58,292 nucleotides of DNA from IMG/VR virus record IMGVR_UViG_3300030328_005013, positions 1-58,292 of that record; one strand, written 5' to 3'. Below are positions 25,521-35,603 of this stretch, piece by piece. The translations under genes were made by a program, and so were the position numbers. The stretch comes from a virus. Its lineage: Duplodnaviria > Caudoviricetes. Each line of letters starts with the position of its first letter. The stretch's first letter is position 1. The notes beneath the pieces are model-generated. The model had not been told where the DNA came from. It saw nothing but the letters and a program-made list of their open reading frames with translations, and searched no databases.

Positions 25521-26498
25521 TTAGACTTCTTTTTCCCAATATGAAACCATATCATGGACTAAACCTTTAAAATCAAATTTTGGTTTCCAATTAAGAGCTT
25601 TTCTTGCCCTAGTGGAGTCTCCTTTTAATACAGCGAGTTCCTCTGGTCTCATGAATTTTGGATCTTGGGATACATAATCTTTATAATCTAAGTCAAAATA
25701 TCCAAAAGCTTCTTTACAGAAATCTCTAACAGAGTGGCTTTCTTTAGATGAAATAACAAATTCATCTGGCTCATGATGTTGCAGCATCAAATGCATCGCT
25801 TCAACATAATCTTTAGAATGACCCCAATCTCTATAAGCGTCTAGGTTTCCTAAAACTAATTTATCTTTTTTACATGCTGCGATCTCTGCGACTCCTTTGG
25901 CAATTTTTGCCGTCACGAAGTTTTCTCCCCGTCGAGGAGATTCATGATTAAAAAGAATTCCATTAGATGCAAAAAGGTTGTATGAGTTCCTGTAGTTTCT
26001 CACAATGCAGTAAGCTGCTAGTTTGGAACATCCATATGGGCTAACAGGTTTCATGTTTGTGGTTTCCCTCTGGAAGCCGTCTTCGTCTATCTCATTGCCA
26101 AACATTTCTGATGAGCTAGCTTGATAAAATTTAGAATCAGGGCAAGAAAATCTATACGCCTCCAAAAGATTTAAAGTTCCTATCATGTTTGTTTGCAAGG
26201 TAAACTGAGGAACATCGAAACTAACTCTAACGTGACTTTGGGCAGCTAAATTATAAATTTCATCAGGTTTAATTAATGCCATCAACCTATTCAAAGACGA
26301 GGCATCAAGTAAATCAGCATAGTCCGTTTTAACCAACCCTTTACCTACTAAATGATCTATTCTGCTCTCTTGAGTGCTTGCTAAGGAGTGTCTACGAATA
26401 AGACCGTAAACATCATAATCTTTTTCTAGCAAAAGCTCCGCTAGATAGCTCCCATCCTGTCCTGATATTCCCGTTATAAGGGCTTTTTTCTTTTTCAT
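25521..26498 (-). CDS. gmd: GDP-mannose 4,6-dehydratase
   Basis: ALITGISGQDGSYLAELLL, NLAAQSHV, QASSSEMFG, NGILFNHESPRRG, RDWGH. Confidence 0.97.
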   Translation of the reverse strand: MKKKKALITGISGQDGSYLAELLLEKDYDVYGLIRRHSLASTQESRIDHLVGKGLVKTDYADLLDASSLNRLMALIKPDEIYNLAAQSHVRVSFDVPQFTLQTNMIGTLNLLEAYRFSCPDSKFYQASSSEMFGNEIDEDGFQRETTNMKPVSPYGCSKLAAYCIVRNYRNSYNLFASNGILFNHESPRRGENFVTAKIAKGVAEIAACKKDKLVLGNLDAYRDWGHSKDYVEAMHLMLQHHEPDEFVISSKESHSVRDFCKEAFGYFDLDYKDYVSQDPKFMRPEELAVLKGDSTRARKALNWKPKFDFKGLVHDMVSYWEKEV

Positions 26499-26506
26499 TT
26501 TAATTA

Positions 26507-27169
26507 TTAAATATTCTTAGGAATGAATAAGTAAGAAAAGGTTTCATTCTTTTGTGGGTTAAAGTCATCGTCTAAGCCTAGTATTATTGGATCTTCCCAT
26601 AGCCTATCAGGGTCTTTCCAGTTAAATTTTTTTACAATGTATGGATGTTTTTTTAAACTATTCCAATCAAAGCCTCCCTCTTGAGGAAATTTAAAGGTGG
26701 GAAACCAAGTATGCATTTCAACATAAAAGAAAGTTTTACCTTTTTCCAAAATAGACTCTATCGTTTTAAAAAACAAACTTTCAAAGCCTTCAATATCTAC
26801 TTTTATAAAATCTGGAAAGGGCAAGTCCTTCTCTTTCATGTAGCTACCTAAAGAACGAGCACCCCTTTGATTTTCAACGATAATTTCTTCGTCATCATTG
26901 TCGCTAAGAGCGATTCCATGATAATCAATATTAGAAAACTCTTTGGTGTAATCTTTTAATTGCTCAAAAAGAAATGGGACTGGCTCAAAAGCGTGAACGT
27001 GCTTGGCTACTTGGCAGAAATATTCGGACATCCACCCAGTATGTGCTCCCAAATCATATACAATGTGGTCTTTTTGTATATAGTCCTCATAAATATTCCA
27101 CTCATCGTAAGAATCGGTCTCGGCTGGCCCGTTTCTTGTCTTAAACTTAATCTCCATTTCCATTTCCAT
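26507..27169 (-). CDS. FkbM-family SAM-dependent methyltransferase
   Basis: YDLGAHTG, AFEPVP, FIKVDIEGFE. Confidence 0.9.
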   Translation of the reverse strand: MEMEMEIKFKTRNGPAETDSYDEWNIYEDYIQKDHIVYDLGAHTGWMSEYFCQVAKHVHAFEPVPFLFEQLKDYTKEFSNIDYHGIALSDNDDEEIIVENQRGARSLGSYMKEKDLPFPDFIKVDIEGFESLFFKTIESILEKGKTFFYVEMHTWFPTFKFPQEGGFDWNSLKKHPYIVKKFNWKDPDRLWEDPIILGLDDDFNPQKNETFSYLFIPKNI

Positions 27170-27219
27170 TTTTAAATTTAATTATATTAATAATGAAATG
27201 TTTAAATGTCAAATATACT

Positions 27220-28428
27220 TTAGATAAACTCTTTGTGTATTATTGTCTTCTGCAATTCTTCCGATTGCTTAGATAGTTTGTCTTTATATTCTGACCACTC
27301 AGAGGCACTTAGTTCTTCATGTTTTTTGTAGATGTCCCAAACAGCTTTATTGCTTTCGTGTGGTTTGCATAATTTAGTGCAATTTTTAAAACACTCTACA
27401 TTTTCAATTGTATTCATGACTTCTCTTCTAGAGATTAAATCATTCCAGATATCTTTAAACGATTTATCGTCATACAAACAACCATAGCTATATTGTTTCC
27501 ACCCTCTATGATTAGTGCATACATACACATGACCATCAGCACCAACACAAGGTGAAATTTGAGACCCCAAGCATTTTTTATAATTCCTACCAAATTTTTC
27601 TCTGTCCATAGCTAGGTCTTCTAGCTTATAACCATTTACCTGAAATTTATTACCCAAGATTTCATTAGCCTCGTCTAATAAGGGTTGAACTTCGTCTCTC
27701 CAAAACTCTATGTCTCTTTGTTGCCCCCCGTCTTCTCGGATAACAATTTCAGGCTTATATTGACAATAAGTTACGTTAATATTTTCGAAAAACTTAGCAA
27801 AATCAACTATGCCGTGGTAGGTGTCAGGAGATATTACATAGCCAACTCCTATATCAATTTTATTTCCTTTTAATTCATTTACTCTAATTAATTCTTTTAC
27901 ATTAGAAACCATTCTGTCCCAATTAGCTCCCCCTTTTGGGCTTCTAATTTTGTCGTATTCTTCTGCCGTCCCAGTATCTATTGAAACTCTTACCCATGAC
28001 ATATTATCTACCAAGGTTTCAAATAAATCTTGCTTATCCAGAAGAGTGCCATTTGTAAACATGCCCATTTTAATACCATGCTTACCGCAATAAGTGATAG
28101 CTTCTTTTAAGTGTCTATTTAGTGTAGGTTCTCCTCCTCCAGTCCAGTTCACTGCCCTAACCCCCATTTCAACAAAGTCCTCGCATAAGCTCATTAGCAT
28201 GTCTCGGGGCATCAAAGCTCTGGAAAAAGCCTCTGTGCCTTTATATTTGTTGAAATGTATATAAGAAGATAAGCAAAATGAGCAAGCGTGATTACAAGAG
28301 TTGCTAGGATCTACCTCTATTAATACAGGCGCTGTATTGCCAGTCTCAACAAACTCAACAACCCTGTCTGCGTTTGCATAAACCTTAGATTGAGGGTCAA
28401 ATATAGCTGATTTTCCATATTTCTTCAT
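27220..28428 (-). CDS. Radical SAM enzyme with SPASM/twitch domain
   Basis: CNHACSFC, TGGGEP, C...ADGHVYVC, C-terminal CxxxCxxxC. Confidence 0.9.
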   Translation of the reverse strand: MKKYGKSAIFDPQSKVYANADRVVEFVETGNTAPVLIEVDPSNSCNHACSFCLSSYIHFNKYKGTEAFSRALMPRDMLMSLCEDFVEMGVRAVNWTGGGEPTLNRHLKEAITYCGKHGIKMGMFTNGTLLDKQDLFETLVDNMSWVRVSIDTGTAEEYDKIRSPKGGANWDRMVSNVKELIRVNELKGNKIDIGVGYVISPDTYHGIVDFAKFFENINVTYCQYKPEIVIREDGGQQRDIEFWRDEVQPLLDEANEILGNKFQVNGYKLEDLAMDREKFGRNYKKCLGSQISPCVGADGHVYVCTNHRGWKQYSYGCLYDDKSFKDIWNDLISRREVMNTIENVECFKNCTKLCKPHESNKAVWDIYKKHEELSASEWSEYKDKLSKQSEELQKTIIHKEFI

Positions 28429-29202
28429 TTATATTGATAAGTCGTTTTCTACTTGTTCTGGATAAACAAAAATTTCATTTTTAGCTAAGTTTACTACTTT
28501 TTCGTGGTAATCTTCGTCTCTAGTTTGACAAGCGTTCCTTGAATAATACACGTTAGTAAGATCATCAAGGTCAATTTTTTTAAAAGCAGTGCCAAGCCTT
28601 TGCATAAATTCTGTATCCTCTTTAAATCCCATCGGGTTCTCTTCCCACGGCAACCAATATCCAATTTTATTAACAACTTTTTCTATGCTATGAGCTATGC
28701 GTAGCATATCGGGATATTTGGTTATAAAATTTACAGCTTCTTCGTCACGATTGTAGTAGAGTAAATTTAATTCATTTTCAAGACCTTTGTTTATAATTTC
28801 TTTTATTAAAAAATTGCCATTTCCTAAGTGAAAATGAAACCCAGAGGTTGATATATAATCAAATTGTCCTTTTTGATGTTCTTCGTAGATTACTCTAAAA
28901 TGATTGGGTAAAAATATATTATCATCACACAAGTAAGTTATGATATCTGAATTTGCATTTTCTAATCCATAATTAACTCCAACTGCCCCAACATTTTTAA
29001 TCCATTTATTTGGATTCTCTACAAATATTATTCTAGAATCATTCTTAAAGTAATTTTCGTAGACTAAGCTAGCCTTAGGGCAATGGTCTGAAAAAATTAT
29101 ACACTCCCAATCTTCAAATTCTTGTAACTGAACAGACTTGATCGCTCTAGCTAATAAATCAGGTCTATGATAGGTCGGTATTATGGTGGTTATTTTAGGC
29201 AT
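28429..29202 (-). CDS. GT2 glycosyltransferase
   Basis: IIPTYHR, NYGL, YLCDDN, ED.EF. Confidence 0.9.
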   Translation of the reverse strand: MPKITTIIPTYHRPDLLARAIKSVQLQEFEDWECIIFSDHCPKASLVYENYFKNDSRIIFVENPNKWIKNVGAVGVNYGLENANSDIITYLCDDNIFLPNHFRVIYEEHQKGQFDYISTSGFHFHLGNGNFLIKEIINKGLENELNLLYYNRDEEAVNFITKYPDMLRIAHSIEKVVNKIGYWLPWEENPMGFKEDTEFMQRLGTAFKKIDLDDLTNVYYSRNACQTRDEDYHEKVVNLAKNEIFVYPEQVENDLSI

Positions 29203-29788
29203 TTTTAAAAATATCCATCTGTGTTAAGTCGGGCCAATCGTAAAAATCCCACTTTCTAGGATTCTTGTTGATCGCGTCATCTAACCTATTTAAACCCTTG
29301 ATTGCTGTTTCAGGTGTCATGTAGTAGTGGTATCCGTAAGAAGATATATTTTGTTCCCTCCAAGGCTTGTCGGGGAGCCTTCCATCATAAGACATTTTTT
29401 TTAATTCATGAGCGGCATCTGCATTATCCGTTAAAATCATTCCTCCTCTCCCAAGACTTAAATGTTTTTGATATTGGAAGCTTAAACACATAAAAGTCTT
29501 TGGAATGTAGCTATTTTGTTTCCATAAAACAGCAGCATCAATAACGGATGTGCCTCCTAAATAATAATAGTCTTGCCACTCTTCGTCCCTCCATTCAAGA
29601 GGCAGATTTAACTTGTTAGCTAAAAAGGGTATAGAGATATATGTTCTTTTAGGCACTGATACTTTTTCTGCGTTATTTAATCGCAAACATAATTCTATTC
29701 CGTGAGTGCAAGAATCAACAGCAACTCCGTAAGGAGAACCAAACCAAGAGGAAACTTCGTCCTCAAACTCTTTTACTAATTCAAACAT
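29195..29788 (-). CDS. Short DegT/DnrJ/EryC1-type PLP sugar aminotransferase
   Basis: AVDSCTHGI, IDAA, SFQYQK (PLP Lys), GRGGMILTD, GYHY; only 197 aa. Confidence 0.8.
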   Translation of the reverse strand: MFELVKEFEDEVSSWFGSPYGVAVDSCTHGIELCLRLNNAEKVSVPKRTYISIPFLANKLNLPLEWRDEEWQDYYYLGGTSVIDAAVLWKQNSYIPKTFMCLSFQYQKHLSLGRGGMILTDNADAAHELKKMSYDGRLPDKPWREQNISSYGYHYYMTPETAIKGLNRLDDAINKNPRKWDFYDWPDLTQMDIFKNA

Positions 29789-30410
29789 CTAGCTTTTTGT
29801 TTTTAAGCAAAACATTGTGTCCTATTTCTTCTATTTTTTCAAAATTAGAAAGTTTCTCTGTAATCCAATCTAAATTGACTTGTCCCGCCCACATTTCGTT
29901 ATCAAAATATTCTGTATACAGATATCTGGTTTTTTCTTGAAGGGATTTTATTCCCCCTAATATGAATTCTTCTTCAGCGCCATTAACATCACACCAGATA
30001 AAATCAATAATTTGGTCACCAAGGTTATCCTCTACCCAAGAATCTAGTTTTGTGGCGTTAACTGTGATGGGATCTTCTGAAAACGAAACGGGATAGTGGT
30101 TTAAATGATTGTGAGGTTTTTTAAGAGAGCTAGATAGAGACCAGTCTTCTGTTCCATATCTTTTCTCGCTTGAATACCAGTCAATCTCTCCGTCTATATT
30201 GCATACAGCAAGCTCCACTAGCTCAACTTGCTTTGGGTGACCTATAGCTTTAAATGATTCTAAAGATGCAGGGTCAGCTTCAAATGCATAAATCTTACAA
30301 TCTGGCATGACTGAGGCAAACTCATTGGAGTCTTCTCCATCAAAACTCCCTACATCTAAAATGATAGGATCTGGCTTATCTATAAGAGTTTTAATTAAAT
30401 TTTTATTCAT
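29781..30410 (-). CDS. FkbM-family methyltransferase (NoeI-like)
   Basis: LDVGSFDG, AFEAD, IDFIWCDVNGAE. Confidence 0.88.
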   Translation of the reverse strand: MNKNLIKTLIDKPDPIILDVGSFDGEDSNEFASVMPDCKIYAFEADPASLESFKAIGHPKQVELVELAVCNIDGEIDWYSSEKRYGTEDWSLSSSLKKPHNHLNHYPVSFSEDPITVNATKLDSWVEDNLGDQIIDFIWCDVNGAEEEFILGGIKSLQEKTRYLYTEYFDNEMWAGQVNLDWITEKLSNFEKIEEIGHNVLLKNKKLDV

Positions 30411-30838
30411 TAGTCTATAAAAGTTTTATCTTTTGCTTGCCCCATGTATGGGCCAGTTTTTATTTCATAAACCAATGTGTCTTCACTCAGTGATTGGTAG
30501 TTATGACCACCTCTAAAGGTTATTGTAGCGTCTCCTTCATTTAAAATATTTTCTTCTATAAGGTTGTCGTCCTCATCATAATGAAATGTTTTCACAGATC
30601 CTCTAATAACAATCCAACATTCTTGAGTTATGTCAGTTTCCCTTACTAATCTTAAATGTTTGTGACCTCTAAACTTGTGGTCTTTTTTTATTTTCATTGC
30701 CGCAAGTTGTAGAAACTGTGATTCATTGGAAATATCTATTCTGCCATCTAGAGACTCAAGATCTTCTTTTTTGTAAATAATATGTAAAGCTTCGCTAGGG
30801 TTTTTAGGGTTAACTATAGTTCTCATAATCTTTTCCAA
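30410..30838 (-). CDS. Cupin-fold protein (WbuC-like)
   Basis: HKH...TQE.W.V..G, GGHNY, YEIKTGPY. Confidence 0.75.
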   Translation of the reverse strand: MEKIMRTIVNPKNPSEALHIIYKKEDLESLDGRIDISNESQFLQLAAMKIKKDHKFRGHKHLRLVRETDITQECWIVIRGSVKTFHYDEDDNLIEENILNEGDATITFRGGHNYQSLSEDTLVYEIKTGPYMGQAKDKTFID

Positions 30839-31623
30839 TTTTTAGGACAAATATTCATTTCTACTGCACTTCCAGAGGAATCATTCATCCAAATATATGG
30901 TGCTATAACTCTTTTTTCAATATTATTATTAAGTGTAGCCCCCCACCAAGAAAAAGTTGAGTTAGCTATGATTTGGTGGGAACACATGGAAAAAGCGCAC
31001 AAATGAACAAATGCGTTTTTGCTGTAAGGCATGGGGTGTATTTTTTTATAATTAAAATTATTTTTGACCCATTCTAAATCGTCAGACATTACTAGGAATT
31101 CATATCCTTCAAAATCTTGCATCGCTTTTTCATAATAGTCTTTTGCTATAACAGGATGTGCGGATATATTAACGTAGTCTCCCCTTCTAATGTGCAATCC
31201 GACACATTTTTCTGTAGTTAAATTTAGTTTTTTGAATATTGTTCTAGCTTGTTCTTGTATTTCTTTTAAAAACAATGGTTTTGTAGATTCAAAATCTTCG
31301 TAGTAAGACATGTTTTGGAAATATCCAAATATATTTGTTCCGTCTTGTATTTCAAATATAGACGGGTCGAAATTATTATCTAAGTCTCTTTTATACTCAA
31401 ACAGTATTTGATTTTCTAGTTTTGATATTGGAGATTTTTTTATAGGTATGTGAAAGGCGTTATAGAGTTGTTGTATGTTTTGACCATTAGACGGATCAAT
31501 GTGATCTTCGCCAATCGGATATATGGGTTCAAATCCTGTTTTTTTAGCTACTTCTAGTAAAATCGCATAATTAAATAATGCATTACCTATTGCGCGAGTG
31601 CTAATTCCTAAAGATGTAATCAT
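30823..31623 (-). CDS. GT11 alpha-1,2-fucosyltransferase-like protein
   Basis: IGNALF, GYFQ, LHIRRGDY, MSDD, IIANSTFSWWGA. Confidence 0.92.
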   Translation of the reverse strand: MITSLGISTRAIGNALFNYAILLEVAKKTGFEPIYPIGEDHIDPSNGQNIQQLYNAFHIPIKKSPISKLENQILFEYKRDLDNNFDPSIFEIQDGTNIFGYFQNMSYYEDFESTKPLFLKEIQEQARTIFKKLNLTTEKCVGLHIRRGDYVNISAHPVIAKDYYEKAMQDFEGYEFLVMSDDLEWVKNNFNYKKIHPMPYSKNAFVHLCAFSMCSHQIIANSTFSWWGATLNNNIEKRVIAPYIWMNDSSGSAVEMNICPKNWKRL

Positions 31624-32279
31624 TTGTAAATATCAAATTGTTTTTCTATGGTATCTTGTCGAGGGCTAACGAATCCATCTATATCTGAATATCCGTTATA
31701 TTGACAGGCGCAGAGCTTGTCGGGCATATATGAGTTTCCCTCTTTTTGATATTTTCTAAGATGTATATCATGACAAACATTTGCTGATGTCCAGTCAGTC
31801 CAAGATGACCTATCATTCCTCTCAGGAAAATCTTTTACATAGCGTAAAGCGAAGTCTCTATTGTAAGTTATAGCGTGGGCAGTCCCAGCACACATTACCT
31901 TTAGTAAAAAACTTTCTTTAGTTTTTTCTAGTGGGTTTTCGACCCCCTCCTCTCTGGGAGCGCAACCCCAATATAAAAGATCCCAATTATTATTTTTTAG
32001 GCTATTTAGGCATTTAGATATTAAAGAAGCTGTATAATCATAAAAAAATATATCATCCTCAAAAATAGTAAATTGATCTTCTCCACTTAATAATCCAAGT
32101 GTTATAGCATCCCGATGAGCCGCAGAGCACCCCGCTCGCGTGATTGAACTATCTCCCGAGCCAAAATCCACGCCATCAACCCTTGTCAAAAGAGACTCGT
32201 CATCTATTGAAGAAAATTGAGATTTAAATAACTCCCATCTATCTTTTCTTTTTTCTAGGTTAATAACGTAATATTTCAT
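31620..32279 (-). CDS. GT25 glycosyltransferase
   Basis: YVINLEKRKDR, GCSAAH, IFEDD, AHAI. Confidence 0.85.
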   Translation of the reverse strand: MKYYVINLEKRKDRWELFKSQFSSIDDESLLTRVDGVDFGSGDSSITRAGCSAAHRDAITLGLLSGEDQFTIFEDDIFFYDYTASLISKCLNSLKNNNWDLLYWGCAPREEGVENPLEKTKESFLLKVMCAGTAHAITYNRDFALRYVKDFPERNDRSSWTDWTSANVCHDIHLRKYQKEGNSYMPDKLCACQYNGYSDIDGFVSPRQDTIEKQFDIYK

Positions 32280-33114
32280 TTACTTGACCGCATTCTGGAA
32301 TTACTATTTCTCCTAAAATTTCTCCAGTATCTTTATTCATTTTAACAATGCCTCCATCGCACCCTTTGTGCCGCTCAGCCGTAGAAGCTTTTGCAGATGC
32401 TCCAACATACAAAAATTTCTCATCAGTAGATAATCCTCTTAATAAATAAATTGCCTCAGTCTCAATGTGATTTAATGTTTCTAGTTGAGGCGAGGTGTCT
32501 GGATTTTTTACATGATGCTGTTTGCTCACAGAAAAAACACGACCGTTTAATGAATCACAAATCCAAAACCTGTCTTGATGGTATAAAATACTGTGAGAGT
32601 GGTCTCCAAGGAATCTAGACAAGCATAGTGTTTCTTGCGAGTATGGGTTAAATTCATATAGGCAAGATTGTGCATCGAAGCTATCTCTATGGCAAATTAT
32701 CAATAATCTATCATTGTGTCTTTTTATTGTGTTCATGTGCGATCTTTCGCAATTAGGTATACCTTCATGAACTTTCAAAACCTCTCCTTGAAAATTTGTT
32801 TGATATATCCTGTTTGTTTTTGTAGATAGGATATAAATAGAATCTCCAAAGACCTCTATTCCATGAACATCTTCACAGCCCTTTATATCAAATTTATTTT
32901 TTAAATTTAAAGATTCATCAAATGAGCATATTCTTGTATCACAACTAAAACCTGAGTGATCGCCAATTCTAAAGGCGGCAAAAAGTGTTTTGTTAGCTTC
33001 TTCTGTTTTTGCTAATCCAAAACAAACACCCTCATTTTCGTGTGCATATTCCTTTGAGGTTAAATTATAAATACCTCTTGATGTGGAAACTAAAATCACT
33101 TGTCTTTTATCCAC
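32260..33114 (-). CDS. Beta-propeller protein (DUF4915-like)
   Basis: Repeated blades: DVHGI, SHMNT, HSHS, CDS..GRV, LRGL. Confidence 0.6.
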   Translation of the reverse strand: MDKRQVILVSTSRGIYNLTSKEYAHENEGVCFGLAKTEEANKTLFAAFRIGDHSGFSCDTRICSFDESLNLKNKFDIKGCEDVHGIEVFGDSIYILSTKTNRIYQTNFQGEVLKVHEGIPNCERSHMNTIKRHNDRLLIICHRDSFDAQSCLYEFNPYSQETLCLSRFLGDHSHSILYHQDRFWICDSLNGRVFSVSKQHHVKNPDTSPQLETLNHIETEAIYLLRGLSTDEKFLYVGASAKASTAERHKGCDGGIVKMNKDTGEILGEIVIPECGQVNEILRY

Positions 33115-33989
33115 TCTGTTAGTTTTACTTTAGGCTCCCACTTTAGCAGTTTTTTTGCTTTTTTATTACTTGCCAAGGTTATTCTAGCCTCTCCTTTGCG
33201 CGGCGGTATATGAACATATTTTCCTCCTACAAAATCTTTAATTTCTAGTATGGAAAAATTTTCTCCAGTCCCTATATTGAATAACTCGCCAACTACTTCT
33301 TTGTTTGATAAGTTTCCAGCCAAAATATTCGCTTCTACAATATCGCTAACGTGGGTGAAATCCCTTCTCTGTTCCCCATCTCCTACAACAGTCATATCTT
33401 CCCCGTTATCTCTTTGCCTTATAAAAATACCAATAACAGGAGCATATTGGCCCTTAATTGGTTGTCTCTCTCCATAAACATTGAAGTATCTAAAAAATAC
33501 GGTTTCTAGGCCAAAAAGATCTGTATACATTTTACAAAGCTCTTCTCCCCCTACTTTTGTTACAGAGTAAGGATTTAAACAATCTTTTTGCATTGTTTCT
33601 ACGTTTGGAATATCATTTGCTAGGCCATAGGCCGAAGATGTAGAGCTATAAATTACTCTTTTTACGCCAGCCTCTTTCGCACATTGTAAAATAGTGCAAG
33701 TTCCTAAAAAATTGCTTTTAGCGGCTAAGATGGGGTTTAATAAAGTAGGTTGTATTCTGGCTTCGGCAGCTATGTGGAAAACTAAATCAACGCCTTTAAA
33801 TAGGGGTTTGATGTTATCATAATCACATATATCTAAAATATAATTATTGGCTTTTTCGTTCCAATAAAATTGGTCATGTGCGTCACTTGATTCGTTATCA
33901 ATAACTGTTACTTCATAGTCTAAAGAAAGTAGTTTGTCTACTAAGTTTGATCCTATGAAACCTGCTCCTCCTGTTACAATAGCTTTCAT
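33096..33989 (-). CDS. NAD-dependent nucleotide-sugar epimerase/dehydratase
   Basis: VTGGAGFIGS, YSSTSSAYG, YSVTK, RYFNVYG, GDGEQRRDFTHV. Confidence 0.93.
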   Translation of the reverse strand: MKAIVTGGAGFIGSNLVDKLLSLDYEVTVIDNESSDAHDQFYWNEKANNYILDICDYDNIKPLFKGVDLVFHIAAEARIQPTLLNPILAAKSNFLGTCTILQCAKEAGVKRVIYSSTSSAYGLANDIPNVETMQKDCLNPYSVTKVGGEELCKMYTDLFGLETVFFRYFNVYGERQPIKGQYAPVIGIFIRQRDNGEDMTVVGDGEQRRDFTHVSDIVEANILAGNLSNKEVVGELFNIGTGENFSILEIKDFVGGKYVHIPPRKGEARITLASNKKAKKLLKWEPKVKLTEWIKDK

Positions 33990-34834
33990 TTATGTTTATT
34001 ATAGAGATTTAAAATATTCTGAGCAACAGTAAATTTAGAAAACTTATACTGCGCCCACTGTGTCCATTCGCTTAATATAACTGAATGGTAGTGGGTAAAG
34101 TGATTTAATAATCTGTTATATGTGTCATTAATGGATTTTTCATTAGGCTCCGCTACACAAAAGTCAGGACAAAGGTTTGAGTTTGGGTTATCGCTGCAAA
34201 CAAGAGGTATGGCCCCGCAAGCCATTGCTTCTAAAGCTGTTAGACCTAACCCTTCAAACTTAGAAGGTAAAGCAACTATTTTGCTTGAATTATAAAATTG
34301 ATTAAGGACCACATCGCTTACTAATCCTACATATTCCCCGCTAGAACAGCCTCCTTGGGGGGCTATAACATATTTTTCTATATTATCTAATAGATTAAAT
34401 CTTTTATTAGGGTCTTCATGGCGACCAACATATAAACAATTTATTTCTCTTTTTATTTGAGGATCATAAAATACATCCTTTATAGGATTCCATATAACGT
34501 GGGATTCTACTCCCACTTTTTCTAATTGTTCTTTCACGGGAGGGCTTATGCAGGTAACGACATCCGCTTCCGCGACTTGTTCTTTAAGCCTTTCTATTGG
34601 AAAATCTGCTATATGAGGAGGGATGTCTAAAACATTGAAGATTTTAAAACCTTTTTGAGATAGAGCCGAGTCTTTGTGTTGGACATCTACATCTGCATAA
34701 TCAAAATTATTACAATAAACAAAATCATAGTCGTCTCCCGTTACGACTTCGTTTTCTAAGCCCAAAAAACCCTCCCCTATTCTAATTACTTGGCATGTGT
34801 ATCCCTTGTTCCCATATAATTTTATTTTAGTCAT
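33986..34834 (-). CDS. GT4 (GT-B) glycosyltransferase
   Basis: YVGR...KR, PSKFEGLGLTALEAMACG (EX7E). Confidence 0.88.
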   Translation of the reverse strand: MTKIKLYGNKGYTCQVIRIGEGFLGLENEVVTGDDYDFVYCNNFDYADVDVQHKDSALSQKGFKIFNVLDIPPHIADFPIERLKEQVAEADVVTCISPPVKEQLEKVGVESHVIWNPIKDVFYDPQIKREINCLYVGRHEDPNKRFNLLDNIEKYVIAPQGGCSSGEYVGLVSDVVLNQFYNSSKIVALPSKFEGLGLTALEAMACGAIPLVCSDNPNSNLCPDFCVAEPNEKSINDTYNRLLNHFTHYHSVILSEWTQWAQYKFSKFTVAQNILNLYNKHK

Positions 34835-35603
34835 CGTAAATACTGTTCACTTTAGGCATTGGTTCGCCTGTCTTTTTGTAATACTCTTCATCAAACTCTA
34901 AGCAATGGTTTTCGTGGTTCCACTTGTAAGAGCAAGCCCCAAAATGTCTGTGTTGATACTCAACCTTTCTTTTGCCTATCCTGTTATTCAGCCAACTATA
35001 GTGTTTTATTAAGGCAACTCCCTCAGGGATAGTTGTTAATTCTTCTACTTGGCTGTGTCTAAAGAATTCCCCATCCTTGCCATAGGCAATATCATTATCC
35101 CAAATAAACTGCGCTAGTCTATAATCGTTAATCTTTGTTTTAAATATTCTCGGTGGGCGAAAAGGTTCTTCTAAATAATGATCTGTATCAAAAACAAAGT
35201 TTCTGAGACTTATTTTAAATAAGTTTTTATCAGAAGTCTCTACATATTTTTCTATCTCTTCAATATCTCTTTCGGTATAAAATTCGTCAGAATCAACTAA
35301 CCAAATGTAGTCTAGATCATATTTAATTAAGTAAAATAGAGCATGATTTCTAGCCTCTGCTTCAGAAATATACTGGGGTGTATCTACTAAATGTTTTAGT
35401 CTCTTTTGCTCAACCAGTTCTCTTAGTAGATCTGTGGTATGGTCGTGAAAAGAATCTATACCTTTATATTCTTTAAATGGGACAGAAACAGCAGATACTA
35501 TATGGTTATCCCTTTTAAGAAAAGGCTCAATAGACTCTAATACATATTCTTCAGTATTGTAGCCGCAAAATATAATTCCAAATTTTTTCATAAACTGGGC
35601 CAA
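34827..35603 (-). CDS. GT-A/GT2-like glycosyltransferase
   Basis: GYNTEEY, EARN, WLVDSDEFY, HYSW. Confidence 0.75.
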   Translation of the reverse strand: MAQFMKKFGIIFCGYNTEEYVLESIEPFLKRDNHIVSAVSVPFKEYKGIDSFHDHTTDLLRELVEQKRLKHLVDTPQYISEAEARNHALFYLIKYDLDYIWLVDSDEFYTERDIEEIEKYVETSDKNLFKISLRNFVFDTDHYLEEPFRPPRIFKTKINDYRLAQFIWDNDIAYGKDGEFFRHSQVEELTTIPEGVALIKHYSWLNNRIGKRKVEYQHRHFGACSYKWNHENHCLEFDEEYYKKTGEPMPKVNSIYDD

